DNA of 64,000 nt from Felis catus (lineage: Eukaryota), in the NCBI RefSeq assembly GCF_018350175.1, contig NC_058368.1:237090001-237154000 (forward strand), read 5' to 3'. The notes under the pieces are model-generated. The model was not told where the DNA came from. It worked only from the letters and a program-made list of their open reading frames with translations, and ran no database searches. Both the position numbers and the translations under genes were made by a program. Numbering within the stretch: the first letter of the stretch is position 1; every line of letters starts with the position of its first letter. Positions 24,598-36,101 of this stretch are shown piece after piece.

Positions 24598-25130
24598 TGT
24601 TGTGGGCTGGGCTGCGGCCCCCCTACCACCCCCCACCCGCGACTGGTCAGCTGAAATCCCAACTCCAGGCCCTCTGTGACCCGACATGGAAATAGGTCTT
24701 TGTACGGGTAAGCAAGTTCAGATCCACACGGATCCCGTGGACCCCAGTGCAGTGGCTGGTGTCTTGTAAGATGAGGGATATTTGGACCCAGAGACACAGG
24801 AGAACACCGTGGGAAGAGGACTAGAGTCAGGGGACAGCAGCCTCACGGGGAAGGGGTGATGTCATGGCCATCGTAGCTGAGGGAGTGATGCCATCATCAT
24901 CAACAGCCGAGGGGCTGATGTCATCACCAGCAAAGGGAGCGATGCCGTGGTCATCGCCAGCCCAGGGAGTGATGTCATCGCCAGCCAAGGAGCCCAGCAC
25001 AGAGAACTCGGCCATGACGCCACCTTGATCTCAGGCTTCCAGCTGCGGAATTCGAGACAACACATTTCTGTGGTTTCGAGCCCCCAGTTGGAGGCGAGCT
25101 CCCCCCACGGCAGCCCTGGGAAACGTACCT
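24598..25130 (+). mobile_element. MaLR solo LTR (MLT1-type) with an internal tandem expansion
   Basis: tgttgtgggctg…ggaaataggtctttgta…ctggtgtcttgtaagatgagggatatttggac…caccttgatctcaggcttccagc…atttctgtggttt. Confidence 0.82.
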
Positions 25131-25379
25131 CTCTCTCTAGCCCCACACAAAACACAGCTCCTGGCTCCCGGTGAGCTGATTTCCACTCGCAGCTCCAGAG
25201 ACTGCTTTCTCCCCAGCGGGCCTGGGTTTTAAACAGCCCAGCATTGTGTGAAGGGGGCTTGGGTTTTCCTTGTAACGGAAGAGATGGTTCACCAATCGCA
25301 TGTTGGCCAGCGTGCTTTCTCTGTTCCCCCGGATTGAGATGCTCCCCGCAGCCAACACTATTTGTTTCCTTCATTAGGC

Positions 25380-26950
25380 TCAGTTGCCCCGAGGAGGGAA
25401 GAACATTGGATAAAACTTGAGGAGAGCGTGTTCCACGGGAACCAGATTAAACTTCTCATCAAAGTTGAATTTTCCTGTAACGGCTGTCCAAGAGAGGACA
25501 GCGTGATGGGTCTGCCGGAAGATGGGGCCGCTCACGGTGACTGCTTTTCAATAAGGCAGCAGCCCGGGCAGCCGGTGACAAGCGTGTCTATTGGTCTGTC
25601 TCTCCGGAAAGTCTCCTAAGGCGGACACTTTAAGGGCCCAATCCAATCACTGATGCCATTCCTGACCCCCACTCAAGAAATTAGAGCCCCTTAGAGAAAG
25701 CATTCTTGACCGATCAGGGCCACTCCTGCAACTTGGGTGCGACATGATATTTCTTTTGGCAGGGGTCACTGGTGCGCATCGCCCGTCATCACTAACTTAT
25801 TAGATGTTGAGGCAATTAGCTAAAAACAAACAGAGGAGACAAGCCCGGTATTGAAACATAGAAACCAGAAGAAAATAGCCCATAGCGGTCCATTATTTCA
25901 AAGCTGCTTCCAAGGCAGGGGACGGGCTTCCTGGTGAAGAAAGGAGGGTATTGTTTTCACGCAATGTCTACACAGCAGAGGAGCTCGCTGCATTATTTTC
26001 CTACTGATTTGGGTTACATCTGAGCTTGCCTTAAAATAATAGGTTGGTGGAAAGCACTTTTCAGTTTCCACCTAAAGCCAGCCGAGTATGATTAGCCAAG
26101 GATTAAAAATCCAATTAGACTCTCCCTTAACATGGAGAAATCAGAAGAGGAATTTTGAGAGATGTGTTGAAAAGCACTTCTTAATATGATTGAGTGTGAT
26201 AACCCACTCTAAACGGAAAACTGATCTCCTAGGGACCCCCTTGAATCTTCAGGACAAATTGACTTTCGCCATTTTCAGTATAAATGTGTGTTCCTTGCTA
26301 TTAATTGTATTGATTAAGGACAGTGGATGTGTTTAACTAAATATCCATAGGAGTGTAGCGATTTGTCTTTAGAGCTGAAAGCTTACTCATCTCGGTGGGC
26401 TGTCTCTGCTCTTAGCAAGTGTGTTAGGGTTAGATTTTGAGGCTTTTGAAAATACTTTATGTAACGGCGTACTTACGTAACGACCTTAAAAGGAAAGGCA
26501 ATAATTTGCTGCGCGCCCCGTATGGATTACTTGGTTAAGTGCTGTGGACATGGTAAATATTACTAATTTTGCGAGGCGAGAGAGTCCTTGATTCTTATCA
26601 CGAAAAGAACACTAAATGGAAAGATTTTGAATAACGATGTTAGTCATAATTGCTCAGGTCTACCTACCCGCCTTTTTTTATTCTCTGCTATTTAATGCAC
26701 AATTTGATTTACACAGATACGTATCGTGCAATTGCTTTTTTATGTCACTTGTCTGTTGCAGTCAGAACAGAGCACTCAGTGGTTCTGAGCACGAGCGGCA
26801 TAGAGAGGTGCTGTGCAGATGGAACGTTCTCGGACCGTCCGTGCACGTGATCCCGATCCTTGAAAACGCCCTGACTTTTAGTACAGAATACGTGACGTTC
26901 ACCCGGCAAATAAAATCCAAATGCACGTTTCCGTTCAAACAAGTGAAAAC
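25380..26950. promoter_or_regulatory. Candidate cluster of conserved non-coding elements
   Basis: About 1.5 kb free of recognisable repeats and lower in GC; ATCAAAG (TCF/LEF-like), CAATTAG, GGATTA and TGATTA motifs. Confidence 0.4.
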
Positions 26951-27667
26951 CGAAAATGTGTTTTTCACAAAGATGGGCGGGTGAGTTGCGTGAGACCCTC
27001 CTGCCCCTTCCTGCTCTGGGCCATGCTGGGTTGCTTCGGTCCTCAGCCAGCTGTTGGGTGAACCTTCCGGAAGAGCCGGACAGCGACCCTCTGTGAACAT
27101 CTTGCTTTCTCCTCGTCGAATTACGTTTCCACCGTCCTTCTCACAGTCTTTATGGGCCTCACCAGGGTCTTTCTGAGAATCCCCGGGCCGGGTGAATGCC
27201 GTCAGCTCCACGGGCTGGTATGCGGAACGCGCGGGTTTGGCAAAACTCTTTCCCACAAGAGGTTTCAATTTGCCCCACGCCCTCCCGGTGTCTGAGTCCA
27301 AGCCGCGGTGTGCGGATTCTTCTCCAGCCCCAGTTGCAGAGCCAACTGCAAAGCCAAAGTCAGAAGATGAGACACAACTCTTTCAGATGGGATGCGCTGC
27401 TGTTTGTAGCTCTCGCAGGGTGTTGGGGAACCAGGTAACGGCCAGTAGAGAGGCTCCAGTGTCTCTGAAGACAAAATTCCCGTTGCCAGCATCCCGAGAG
27501 AAGGGCAGCTGTGGCACGCGGCTCTGCCCCAAGCACCCAGCCCCCCTGCGTTCCTCACCCCTGTCCAGGGAGGACACACAAGGAGGAAACACCTGAAGAT
27601 GGGTGCTATGCTGGGGGTGCTCAGGCCATGCCATACCGCTTTCTTTTCAGAAGATTGCAATGGTTTG

Positions 27668-27870
27668 GTTTTTTTTTTAATGTTTATTTTTTTCGAGAGG
27701 GAGAGACAGAGGGCAAGCAGGGGAAGGGCAGAGAGGCACAGAATCCAAAGCGGGCTCCAGGCTCCGAGCTGCCAGCACAGAGCCCAACGAGGGGCTCGGA
27801 CTCATGGACCGTGAGATCATGATCTGAGCTGAAGTCGGAAGCTTAACAGAGTGAGCCACCCAGGCCTCCC
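27668..27870 (-). mobile_element. CAN-SINE (feliform type)
   Basis: Reverse SINE; TSD-like agattgcaatggttt / aggttgcaattattt. Confidence 0.94.
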
Positions 27871-28099
27871 AGGTTGCAATTATTTCCAATGATAAGCATT
27901 TTCTTTCCAGACAGTCAGTCTTAAGTGTCAGTGAACAGTGCAGGTAAGTATTGAGAAAGTAAGGTATGTTTTTGTTCTTTCATATGTAAGCAAGACACGT
28001 TGCACAAACATATACATTCTCGGAAGGAACACGTCCAAGGCATAGAGACCTGGGATTTGGGGTTTTTTTCCCAGCTGGTGAAACGATGCTAATGAATCT

Positions 28100-28400
28100 G
28101 CCCACCTGCTCAGATTTACGGAGAGGAAACTAGAGCCAAGGTAGGCGAGAGGCATTTTTCAGGTCACAGAGCGAGCCCGCGGTGGAACCAGGATGAGGAC
28201 CAGGCCTTTGTGGCTTGTCTTCCAATGTCCTTGAAGTGACACTTGTTAGCACCAGAACCCGAGTCTCTCTCTGCTTCATTTTGTGGATAAGACTGAGGGC
28301 AAATGTGACGCCTCTGAGTGTCTTTATCGGAACCATCAGATGGCTCACGAAGCGGCTGGTGACAGCCGAGGTTGAAGGCCAGTGTCCTGGCCATCTGGGG
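28100..28400 (-). mobile_element. Two adjacent MIR relics
   Basis: cagatttacggagaggaaactagagcc…caggtcacagagc and cattttgtggataagactgaggg…gctggtgacagccgaggttgaaggccag. Confidence 0.55.
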
Positions 28401-29764
28401 CGTGGAGCTGAGCCCTGAAGAACTGAACGAGCCCACCGTTCCAGACGCCGTTTGCCGACTGTGTGGGCACTGTCTCCCAGACGCGCGTGAGTCTCCCTCT
28501 TCCTGTCGGAGTTGTTCCTCAATACACTCCCCACCAGAAAGGTGTTCTGAGGTTAGAAAGAAAGGACAACACGCTTAGTTGGGTAGTTATGGCCCTGAAG
28601 GTGGTTGATAAAGCCTTACAAATCATTTGTGTTGCTCTCAGATTATAAATGAGGGTGAGACACACCACAATCACTCCTGCCCTGCCGACCTCTGTTAGGG
28701 TCACCTCCTTCCAAAACATGTGTGGCCTTGGGGGGTCTTTGAGTTCCTTGGTCTAAACCCCACTCTTGGCATGGGAGATGCAGAGACTACAGTGGGGACC
28801 CACCGGCTTCCTTGGGTCCCAGGTTCCAGGCTACTGGTGCTTTCACTAGGTTATGATGTTCTCCTATGCTTCCACCTGCTGAAAACGTGTCCAGACACAC
28901 TGTTTAAGAGGCACAACAAGCAAACACACACTGAAAATAACTGCTTTTCAGCCTCTACCAGACACACAGTGCTCCTTGGGGTACCCTTGCCCACTGGCCT
29001 TCTGTACCCACCGCACACACCCTCAGGATGGGTTTCCAGGGTGAGTAGGGAGGGTACTAGTGCCTCACTGTCAGACCTTTGGCTCCAAATCCAGATCAAC
29101 GAGGCTAAAAGGGTATTTTCTGTTAACGTGTGCATCTCCCTTAAAAATGCTCAGAGCACACGTGGGTCTGGGGCGAGGAGGACCACAGCTAGACTTGTAC
29201 AAACACGAACCCGCTTTATTCTTAACTTTTGAATCCCACCCCGGGAACCTATCTGATGTTTTCCGTCTTGCTTTCCATGGGGAGTGCATAGTGGAGAACA
29301 GAGGAGTTTATCCAAGATCTAGGGCTGACTGATGTAAGGAAGACCGTGCTCACCATGCTCTGTGAGGAAGACACATCAGATGGGAGGGAGAGCCCCACTC
29401 TTCCCAGCACCTGGACACGTGCATCCAGTTATGGGAAGACCCTCCTCGGGGGCTACATTGTACCCAGTGCTTTGCCTTTTAATAAATCATATAATTCAGC
29501 TGCACATCCCTGAAGACATTTGACACTGACTATGTTTTTACTGAATCAAAAGTCAGGTAAAGTGGACAGCTTGGGGAAGGGCTTCTTGGTCCTTTAACAA
29601 CATAATATCTGTGTCTTTGTGTTGATCTGGAGGAATGTCAGCCCCCACCCTCTCTCTCCAGGTGGACCCTTTCCCCTCTCAAATCTAAGTAGAATATTTG
29701 TGATTTTCAAGAATAGTAAGTTGTTAAGCAAAGCAACTAAATGGCATTTAACATTTAATATGGG

Positions 29765-29983
29765 TTTATTATTTGGTTATTGTTTAATTATTTTTGAAAG
29801 AGAGATACATACAGAATGCGAGCAGGGGAGGGGCAGAGAGAGAGGGAGACACAGAATCCGAGGCAGGCTCCAGGCTCCGAGCTGTCAGCACAGAGCCCGA
29901 CGCGGGGCTCAAACCCACGAACCACGAGATCATTACCTGAGCTGAAGTCGGATGCTTAACCAACTGAGCCACCCAGGCACCCC
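29765..29983 (-). mobile_element. CAN-SINE (feliform type)
   Basis: Reverse SINE: gagacacagaatccgaggcaggctccaggctccgagctgtcagcacagagcccgacgcgggg…caggcacccc. Confidence 0.95.
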
Positions 29984-30379
29984 GTATTTTTTTTAAGCCA
30001 CACACCATTTGGAGACTTTCACATCTGAGCGGAAATTGCTATGTCTTTAATTTGGACATGAGATGGAAATAAACCATACATTTTTGACACCCATCAAACA
30101 ACTCAATGGTGGTTGTGTGGGTATGTGTACACGGTTTGAACCGACTCAACTTTTACTTACATCAGGACTTAAAATCTCTTTTTTTCCTTTTTTTTTCAAA
30201 TTTGTATTTAAATTCTAGTTATTTAAATTCTAGTTGATTAACGTAAGGCTTAAAGTCTTGAGGGTTTAATACCTCCTGATTTGTGCCTACAGCTCGCTGT
30301 TTTCTAGAGTTCAGAGTGCGATGGCCTCCCTCTCCTAGTTTGCTTCTTCTCTGAGCTCTGATGGCTTTCTTGTGTCTCT

Positions 30380-30490
30380 TAACTATTTATTCATAAAGGA
30401 GCTACTCCAGCCTGGGCACCATGTACGTATCAAGGAGAAAATGCTGGAAAGACAGAGGGACCCCCCCCCTTTGGGTTCCTTGACACATGG
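30380..30490 (-). mobile_element. L2 3' relic
   Basis: tatttattcataaaggagctactccagcctgggcaccatg…gaaagacagaggga weakly resembles reversed L2. Confidence 0.35.
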
Positions 30491-31959
30491 CCATCATAGA
30501 AGACTCAGTATGTTTCCACCCACCATTTCCAGGTTCTGGGGCTTCTTCCAAGTGAAGGAGCAATGCCCCTATTTTAGCACAGGTTAGGAAATGATCAAGG
30601 TGCGAAGGAGGGAAATTTTCCCAGCCTGCTTCCAGGGGTCTCACATCCAGGAACGAGAGGAAGCCCCTCACAGCCCATGCTCCCAGCAGAGAAATGGAGT
30701 AGGGAGCAGGACAACCTCGTCTCTAGGAATTCTGACCGTGGAAGGGAGGGACAGTGCAGCGGGCAGCCCCTGGGCCTTTCACGTGTCGTCCCTGGGAGTG
30801 GACACTGCTACTCAGGGCCCCTGCTATGGCATCTTGTTCCTTCTGCCTCGGTTGAGTGAACCCCATCAAACCGCTTCCCCCAAACCCCAGATCTCCCGGG
30901 GGGGTCCACACTCCACAGCAGCTTCTCTTATCACCTCAGCTCTGTCCTGCCAACAGACCCACATGTCCCGCATTCACGTCCTTCGCCCAGAACTACTTCC
31001 TTAGCTTCACACACTGCCTCTCCCCTTGCCTTTCTCTCCAACACAAAGGCTCGTCATAGAACATGGTGCATCTGTCCATTTATCTACCTTTCAGTACAGA
31101 TCTCATGTGCATCATGTTACATCTGTCCCCAAACTTGCACCTTTTGGTGCTATTGTAACAGTCTTTAGCCATTTCCACTTCAAATTTCTCATTGCTAATT
31201 CTCTTATGTTCTTCCAGCAGCTTCTCTCTGGAGTGTGATGTCCAGGCCAACCATCTTCACATTCTGGCAGAGTTGTCTTTCACTGCCCAGGAGAGGGTCT
31301 GCCCTGAATCTCCCACACTGACCCCAGAGCCTCACTTGCAGCAGAAGGACAAACCCATGGCGTCTAGAAGGTGGGATGACCACCACTCCCAGAGGACAGC
31401 AGTAGCCACTGTTCTGATAACAGCAGGGAGAGTTTCTCATTCTCCTTCCTGGCAAGTCCCACAAAGGCTCTGTGTAAAAGGACACAAATTTGAGTCATCT
31501 ACAGGCTGGCCATTTATAACCAGTGAATAGCTTCCCATGTGACTCAACTTACACATTCATCTAAATATATATTTTCTTATTTAAAATATTTACCGCTCTG
31601 TACTATCTCTCAGAATTCTCAAGACTTCACAATGTGTGGCTCATGCCCTTGTATTAAGTAGTAATTGTCAAAAATAAATGTTATATAGGCCTCAGCTCTG
31701 GGCTATCTTCTGTTTCTGTGTTTCAATTCACCTGGGAAAACTATGTCAGGCAGACACAGGAAGGTGCTTTGGAGGCAATTCGGGAAAGCGAGTCCCACAT
31801 CAAAACAGGCAGCTCAACAAGGCAAGGACAGCGACATGCCAGCTCACACGATGGGAGAAGGGGAGCAGGCCCTTCAGGAGGTAGAGGAGTGAGGAGGGAA
31901 AAGGGTCCTGAAGCTGGTGTCTCGGTCTCCTCCTGTGTAACAAAGGGGTCAATTCTAAC

Positions 31960-33660
31960 ACCAAAGTAGAGCAGAGAAAGGAAATAATAAGCATATGAGC
32001 AAAAACCAATAAAACAATCAAGAAAATTAACTCAAGCAAAATCTGATTCATTGGGATGATCAATGAAATTGACAAATCTCTAGCTTGACTGAGTAGGAAA
32101 AAGAAAGAGAAGACACAAATTACTGATATCATGAATGACGGAGGGGACATCACTACTGACCCAACAAACAATAAAAAGATATGACAGGATATTGTGAATG
32201 ACTCTATGGCAATGAATTTAAGGACTTAGAGGAAATGAACATATTTTGAGAAAAATACAAAATACTGAAAGATACAAAATAGCAAAGCTCACTCAAGAAA
32301 AAATTGACATCTTGATATCTCCGTAGCCCTTGAAGGAATTAAACTTGTATTAAAAACTCTTCCCACACACAAAAAACCAGATCCAGATGGCTTTACTGGT
32401 GAATTGTAAAAAATGGATGAAATAATACCTACTCTACACAAACTCATCTGGCATGAAGCCAGCATCACCCTGATTCTATAACCAGGCAGAAATATGAGAG
32501 AAGATTTTTAAAAAATATTCTGATAACTTACAGGAAATTAGATGCAAACATTTATTAAATTAAGTCAAAAATTTATGAAAATGTTAAAAATCATGAATAA
32601 GTAGAGAGATGCAAGGTTGATTTTACTTGAAAATTAGCCAGTGTAATTAATATACTTTTTAAAATATATAATTATCTCAATAGATGTAGAAAGAAACATT
32701 CAAGAAAAAGTAATACATATTTATTGTAAAACTTTCAGTAAAATAATAGAAAGAAACCTCCTTAACCTAATGATGGGAGTCTAAAATACTTACAGCTAAC
32801 TCCATATCTAATGGTAAAAATACTAAATATTTTCTATGAAACAGGAAAATGGCAAATATTCCACTCTCATATCTGGTATTCAACATTATTCTAGAAGTCA
32901 CAGCAGTGACACAAGATGATAAGAAAGAAACAAAAACATATGAATTAGGGAGAAAAAAGGAAGCAAAAATATTTTTATTTACAAATCTGATCATTTATGC
33001 AGAAAATTATAAGAAACATAGAAAAAGTTATTAAGAGTAATAATTTAGTTTGCAGAATACAAGGTAGCAATAAAAAAATCAGAAATTGAAAAACAACATG
33101 TTTGCTATAGCATTAAAATATTTAAAAAATAAAGACAATTTGACAAAAATTGTGTAAGGTCTATCAACAGAAAACTAGGAAACATTGCTGGGGATATTGA
33201 AAAATCTAACTAAATGGAGAGATCTATGCTCTGGATCAGAAGACTCAATATTGTCAAGACGTCAATTCCTCCCAAATTCATCATTATCTTTAGCACAAAT
33301 CTAGCCAAAAATCCTAGCAGCCTTTTTTTTTTTTTTGTAGAAATTGACAAGTTGATTCTGAAATTATATGGAAATGCAAAAGACCTAGCACGGCTTGTTC
33401 TTTGAATAAGAACAAAATTGGAGGATATATGCTACCTTAAATCCGGAATTTTATAAATTTATTATCAAGATAATGTTGGATTTCCATAAAGGTACAAGGA
33501 CTAATAAACAAAAAAAAATAGAGAATTCAGAAATGAATTCATACGTATATGGTGAGCTGATTTTCAACAAAGGCACTAGGGCATTTCAGTAGCGAAAAGA
33601 TAATCTTCTTAGCAAATGGTGCAGAAGAATAACTTTCACTTTACCTCACACCACAGTCCA
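31960..33660 (+). mobile_element. Old LINE-1 (L1M-type) ORF2 remnant, central to RT/C-terminal part, with frameshifts and stops
   Basis: Translates to L1 ORF2-like motifs INEIDKSLA.LSRKKKEKTQITDIMNDGGDITTDPT, PDPDGFTGE, WIRRLNIVKTSIPPK…VEIDKLILK and YGELIFNKG. Confidence 0.92.
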
Positions 33661-33939
33661 ACAGGAATCAGGACAAAACGAAAATACAAACAAAGATACA
33701 AAGATGCACCCATTCTAGTTATTATTCATGAGTAATGAAAAAAAGGACATTTTGTGATATATGGTTTCAGAAACCCATGTGAACTTTAGGGGAAAAAATT
33801 AGGTAAGTAAAATTCTTAATTCCAATTAATAATTGAATCAGTAGAAGGGTCTCTGCAGAGAAAAATGAAGACTCCAGGAAAAAGTTGTACTAGCTAAAAC
33901 CACATAACTTGTTAATTATTTAACGGTATGTTGATAACA

Positions 33940-35117
33940 TAGTTATGAACTATAATGTAATTATTAAGAAATCAATCTATAAATAGATTAAAATGCCATA
34001 ATAAAAAGTACTTGGAATAGCATTCCGATTCACTTAAATGCACGCAAACTGGGAAGAAAAGGAAAAGTTGGTCCCTATGAGCTCTGGAGGCTGGAGGGGG
34101 GGAGAAGGTGCTGTATCATGTTAGTGCTGGGAAAGTATGCAGGCACAGATGGTCCCTTAAACATGGAGACAGAATATCATAGGGTGAAATGTCTAAGCTA
34201 CCGGCAGGGGGAGGTGGTATTTTATGGCATTAAATATATGATCTATAAACAATTCAATTATGGACTTCATGCGTTTAGCAACATGGGAGGAAAAAAAAGG
34301 CAAAATCTCTTACAAGTGCAGCCCAAGAAGAGACTGATAGATTATAATCATATTGGGAAACTATAACATCTCTTTGGATGTTTGTAAGTTTTCTTTTTCT
34401 TTTTATTTTGAGAGAGAGATAGAGAGCAAATAGGGGAGGGTCAGAGAGAAGGAGACAGAATCCCAAGCAGGCTCCACGCTGTCAGCACAGAGCCCGAGGC
34501 AGGGCTCAAACCCACAACCCTGAGATCATGACCTGAGTAGAAGTCAAGAGTCAGACACTCAACGGACTGAGCTGCCCAGGTGTCCCTACACCTCTGGATT
34601 TTTGACAAATGATAATAATAATCACAACTACAACAACACACACACACTTTATTTTGAATAATGAAGAAAATGCTTCATCCGACAGGGATTAAGATATAGA
34701 AAAGTCTACATTCCATAGATAATATATTTTATTTTACTTACACCCAAGTGTTAAATCATATAGAACATCTCAATATATTTCCACAAGTACAAAGCACGGA
34801 CTGAATTCTTTTATCAGGGTGCAACAAGGCTGGAATCAATAATACAAAGAGGGACAAACATATCAATCTGGATAGTGGACAGGCCGCCTCTACGTACCTC
34901 TTGAACCAAATAGAACTGAAATCTGAGGTTGAAAATTAATCAGAAATGAATAAAAATCAGAAAATGTAACTTTAAGAACTCAGAGAATATGGCTAAAACC
35001 GTACTCTGAGGAAAAATTATAGCCTCAAATGTTTTCAGCATTCAGTAGGACGTGTAATATGTGTACGTAATTACAGTACAGACACTTAGGTCTAAGAAAA
35101 ACAGCAAGGTGCAAAGT
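33940..35117 (+). mobile_element. Highly decayed LINE-1 ORF2 N-terminal (endonuclease) remnant, split by a SINE
   Basis: ataatcatattgggaaactataacatctct (IIILGNYNISL, similar to TIIVGDFNTPL); atggctaaaaccgtactctgaggaaaaattatagcctcaaatg (similar to AKAVLRGKFIALNA); ctggaatcaataat (similar to LEINN). Confidence 0.7.
34381..34586 (-). mobile_element. CAN-SINE inserted in L1
   Basis: Reverse SINE; flanks acatctctttggatg / acacctctggatt resemble a TSD. Confidence 0.93.
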
Positions 35118-35616
35118 TCATACTACCAGATCATTCCCTTATTTAAAAAATTAGAAACAACCAAAACACCTTGTTAAATAAAAAATATGATGCAGTAAAA
35201 TCCTACCAATGACTACACTTCAGTAATGGTATCGTGTGCTACATCTTTTTTCTCTGAAAATTCTACCATTATTATGCTTTAGATAATATATTTATACTTA
35301 AAAGAAATACAAAATATCTAGGCTTCTACCTAAGAAATACATAACGCAGCCTACTTGTGATTTTAAACTTTTAAAACAGAGACGTCAATTCATGAGGTTG
35401 TTCAATTAAATTTCTTTTTTTTAAGTCAAGTTAGTTCATGTACAGTGTAATCTTGGCTTCAGAGTAGAACCCAGTGATTCATCTCTTACATACGACACCC
35501 AGTGCTCATCCCAAAAAGCATCCTCCTTAATGCCCATCACCCATCTAGTCCATCCCCCCACCCGGCTCCCCTCCAGCAACCTTCAGTTTGTTCTTGGTTA
35601 TTTAAGAGTCTCTTAT

Positions 35617-35849
35617 GGGGGCACCTGGGTGGCTCAGACAGTGAAGTGTCCGACTTCAGCTCAGGTCATGATCTCACCATTTGTGGGTTCAAGCCCCATG
35701 TTGGGCTCTGTGCTAACAGCTCAGAGCCTGGAGCCTGCTTCAAATTCTGTGTTTCCCTCTTGTTCTGCCCCTCTCCTAGTTGCACTCTCTCTTTCTCTCT
35801 CTCTCAAAAATAAGTCAATATTTAAAAAAAATTTTAAATAAAAAAAAGA
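35617..35849 (+). mobile_element. CAN-SINE nested in the L1 3' UTR
   Basis: Full SINE; exact TSD agtctcttatgg at 35607-35618 and 35850-35861. Confidence 0.96.
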
Positions 35850-36061
35850 AGTCTCTTATGGTTTGCTTCCCTCTCTGTTTTTTATGTTAGTTTTCCTTCC
35901 TTACCCTTACGTTCATCTGTTGAGTTCCTCAACTTCCACATATGAGTGAAATCATATGATATCTGTTTTTCTCTGAGTTATTTCACTTAATACACTCTGG
36001 CTCCATCCACATGGTTGCAAATGGCAAGATTTCAATCCTTTTCATTGCTGAGTAACATTCC

Positions 36062-36064
<3 letters not shown>

Positions 36065-36097
<33 letters not shown>
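36065..36097. repeat. (TG)n microsatellite inside L1
   Basis: Pure TG run. Confidence 0.96.

Positions 36098-36101
<4 letters not shown>

Noticed and set aside
24850..24995. Repeat-spacer-like pattern considered as a CRISPR-like array
   Set aside because: Mammalian DNA, degenerate adjacent units with no unique spacers and no cas genes; it is a minisatellite inside an LTR
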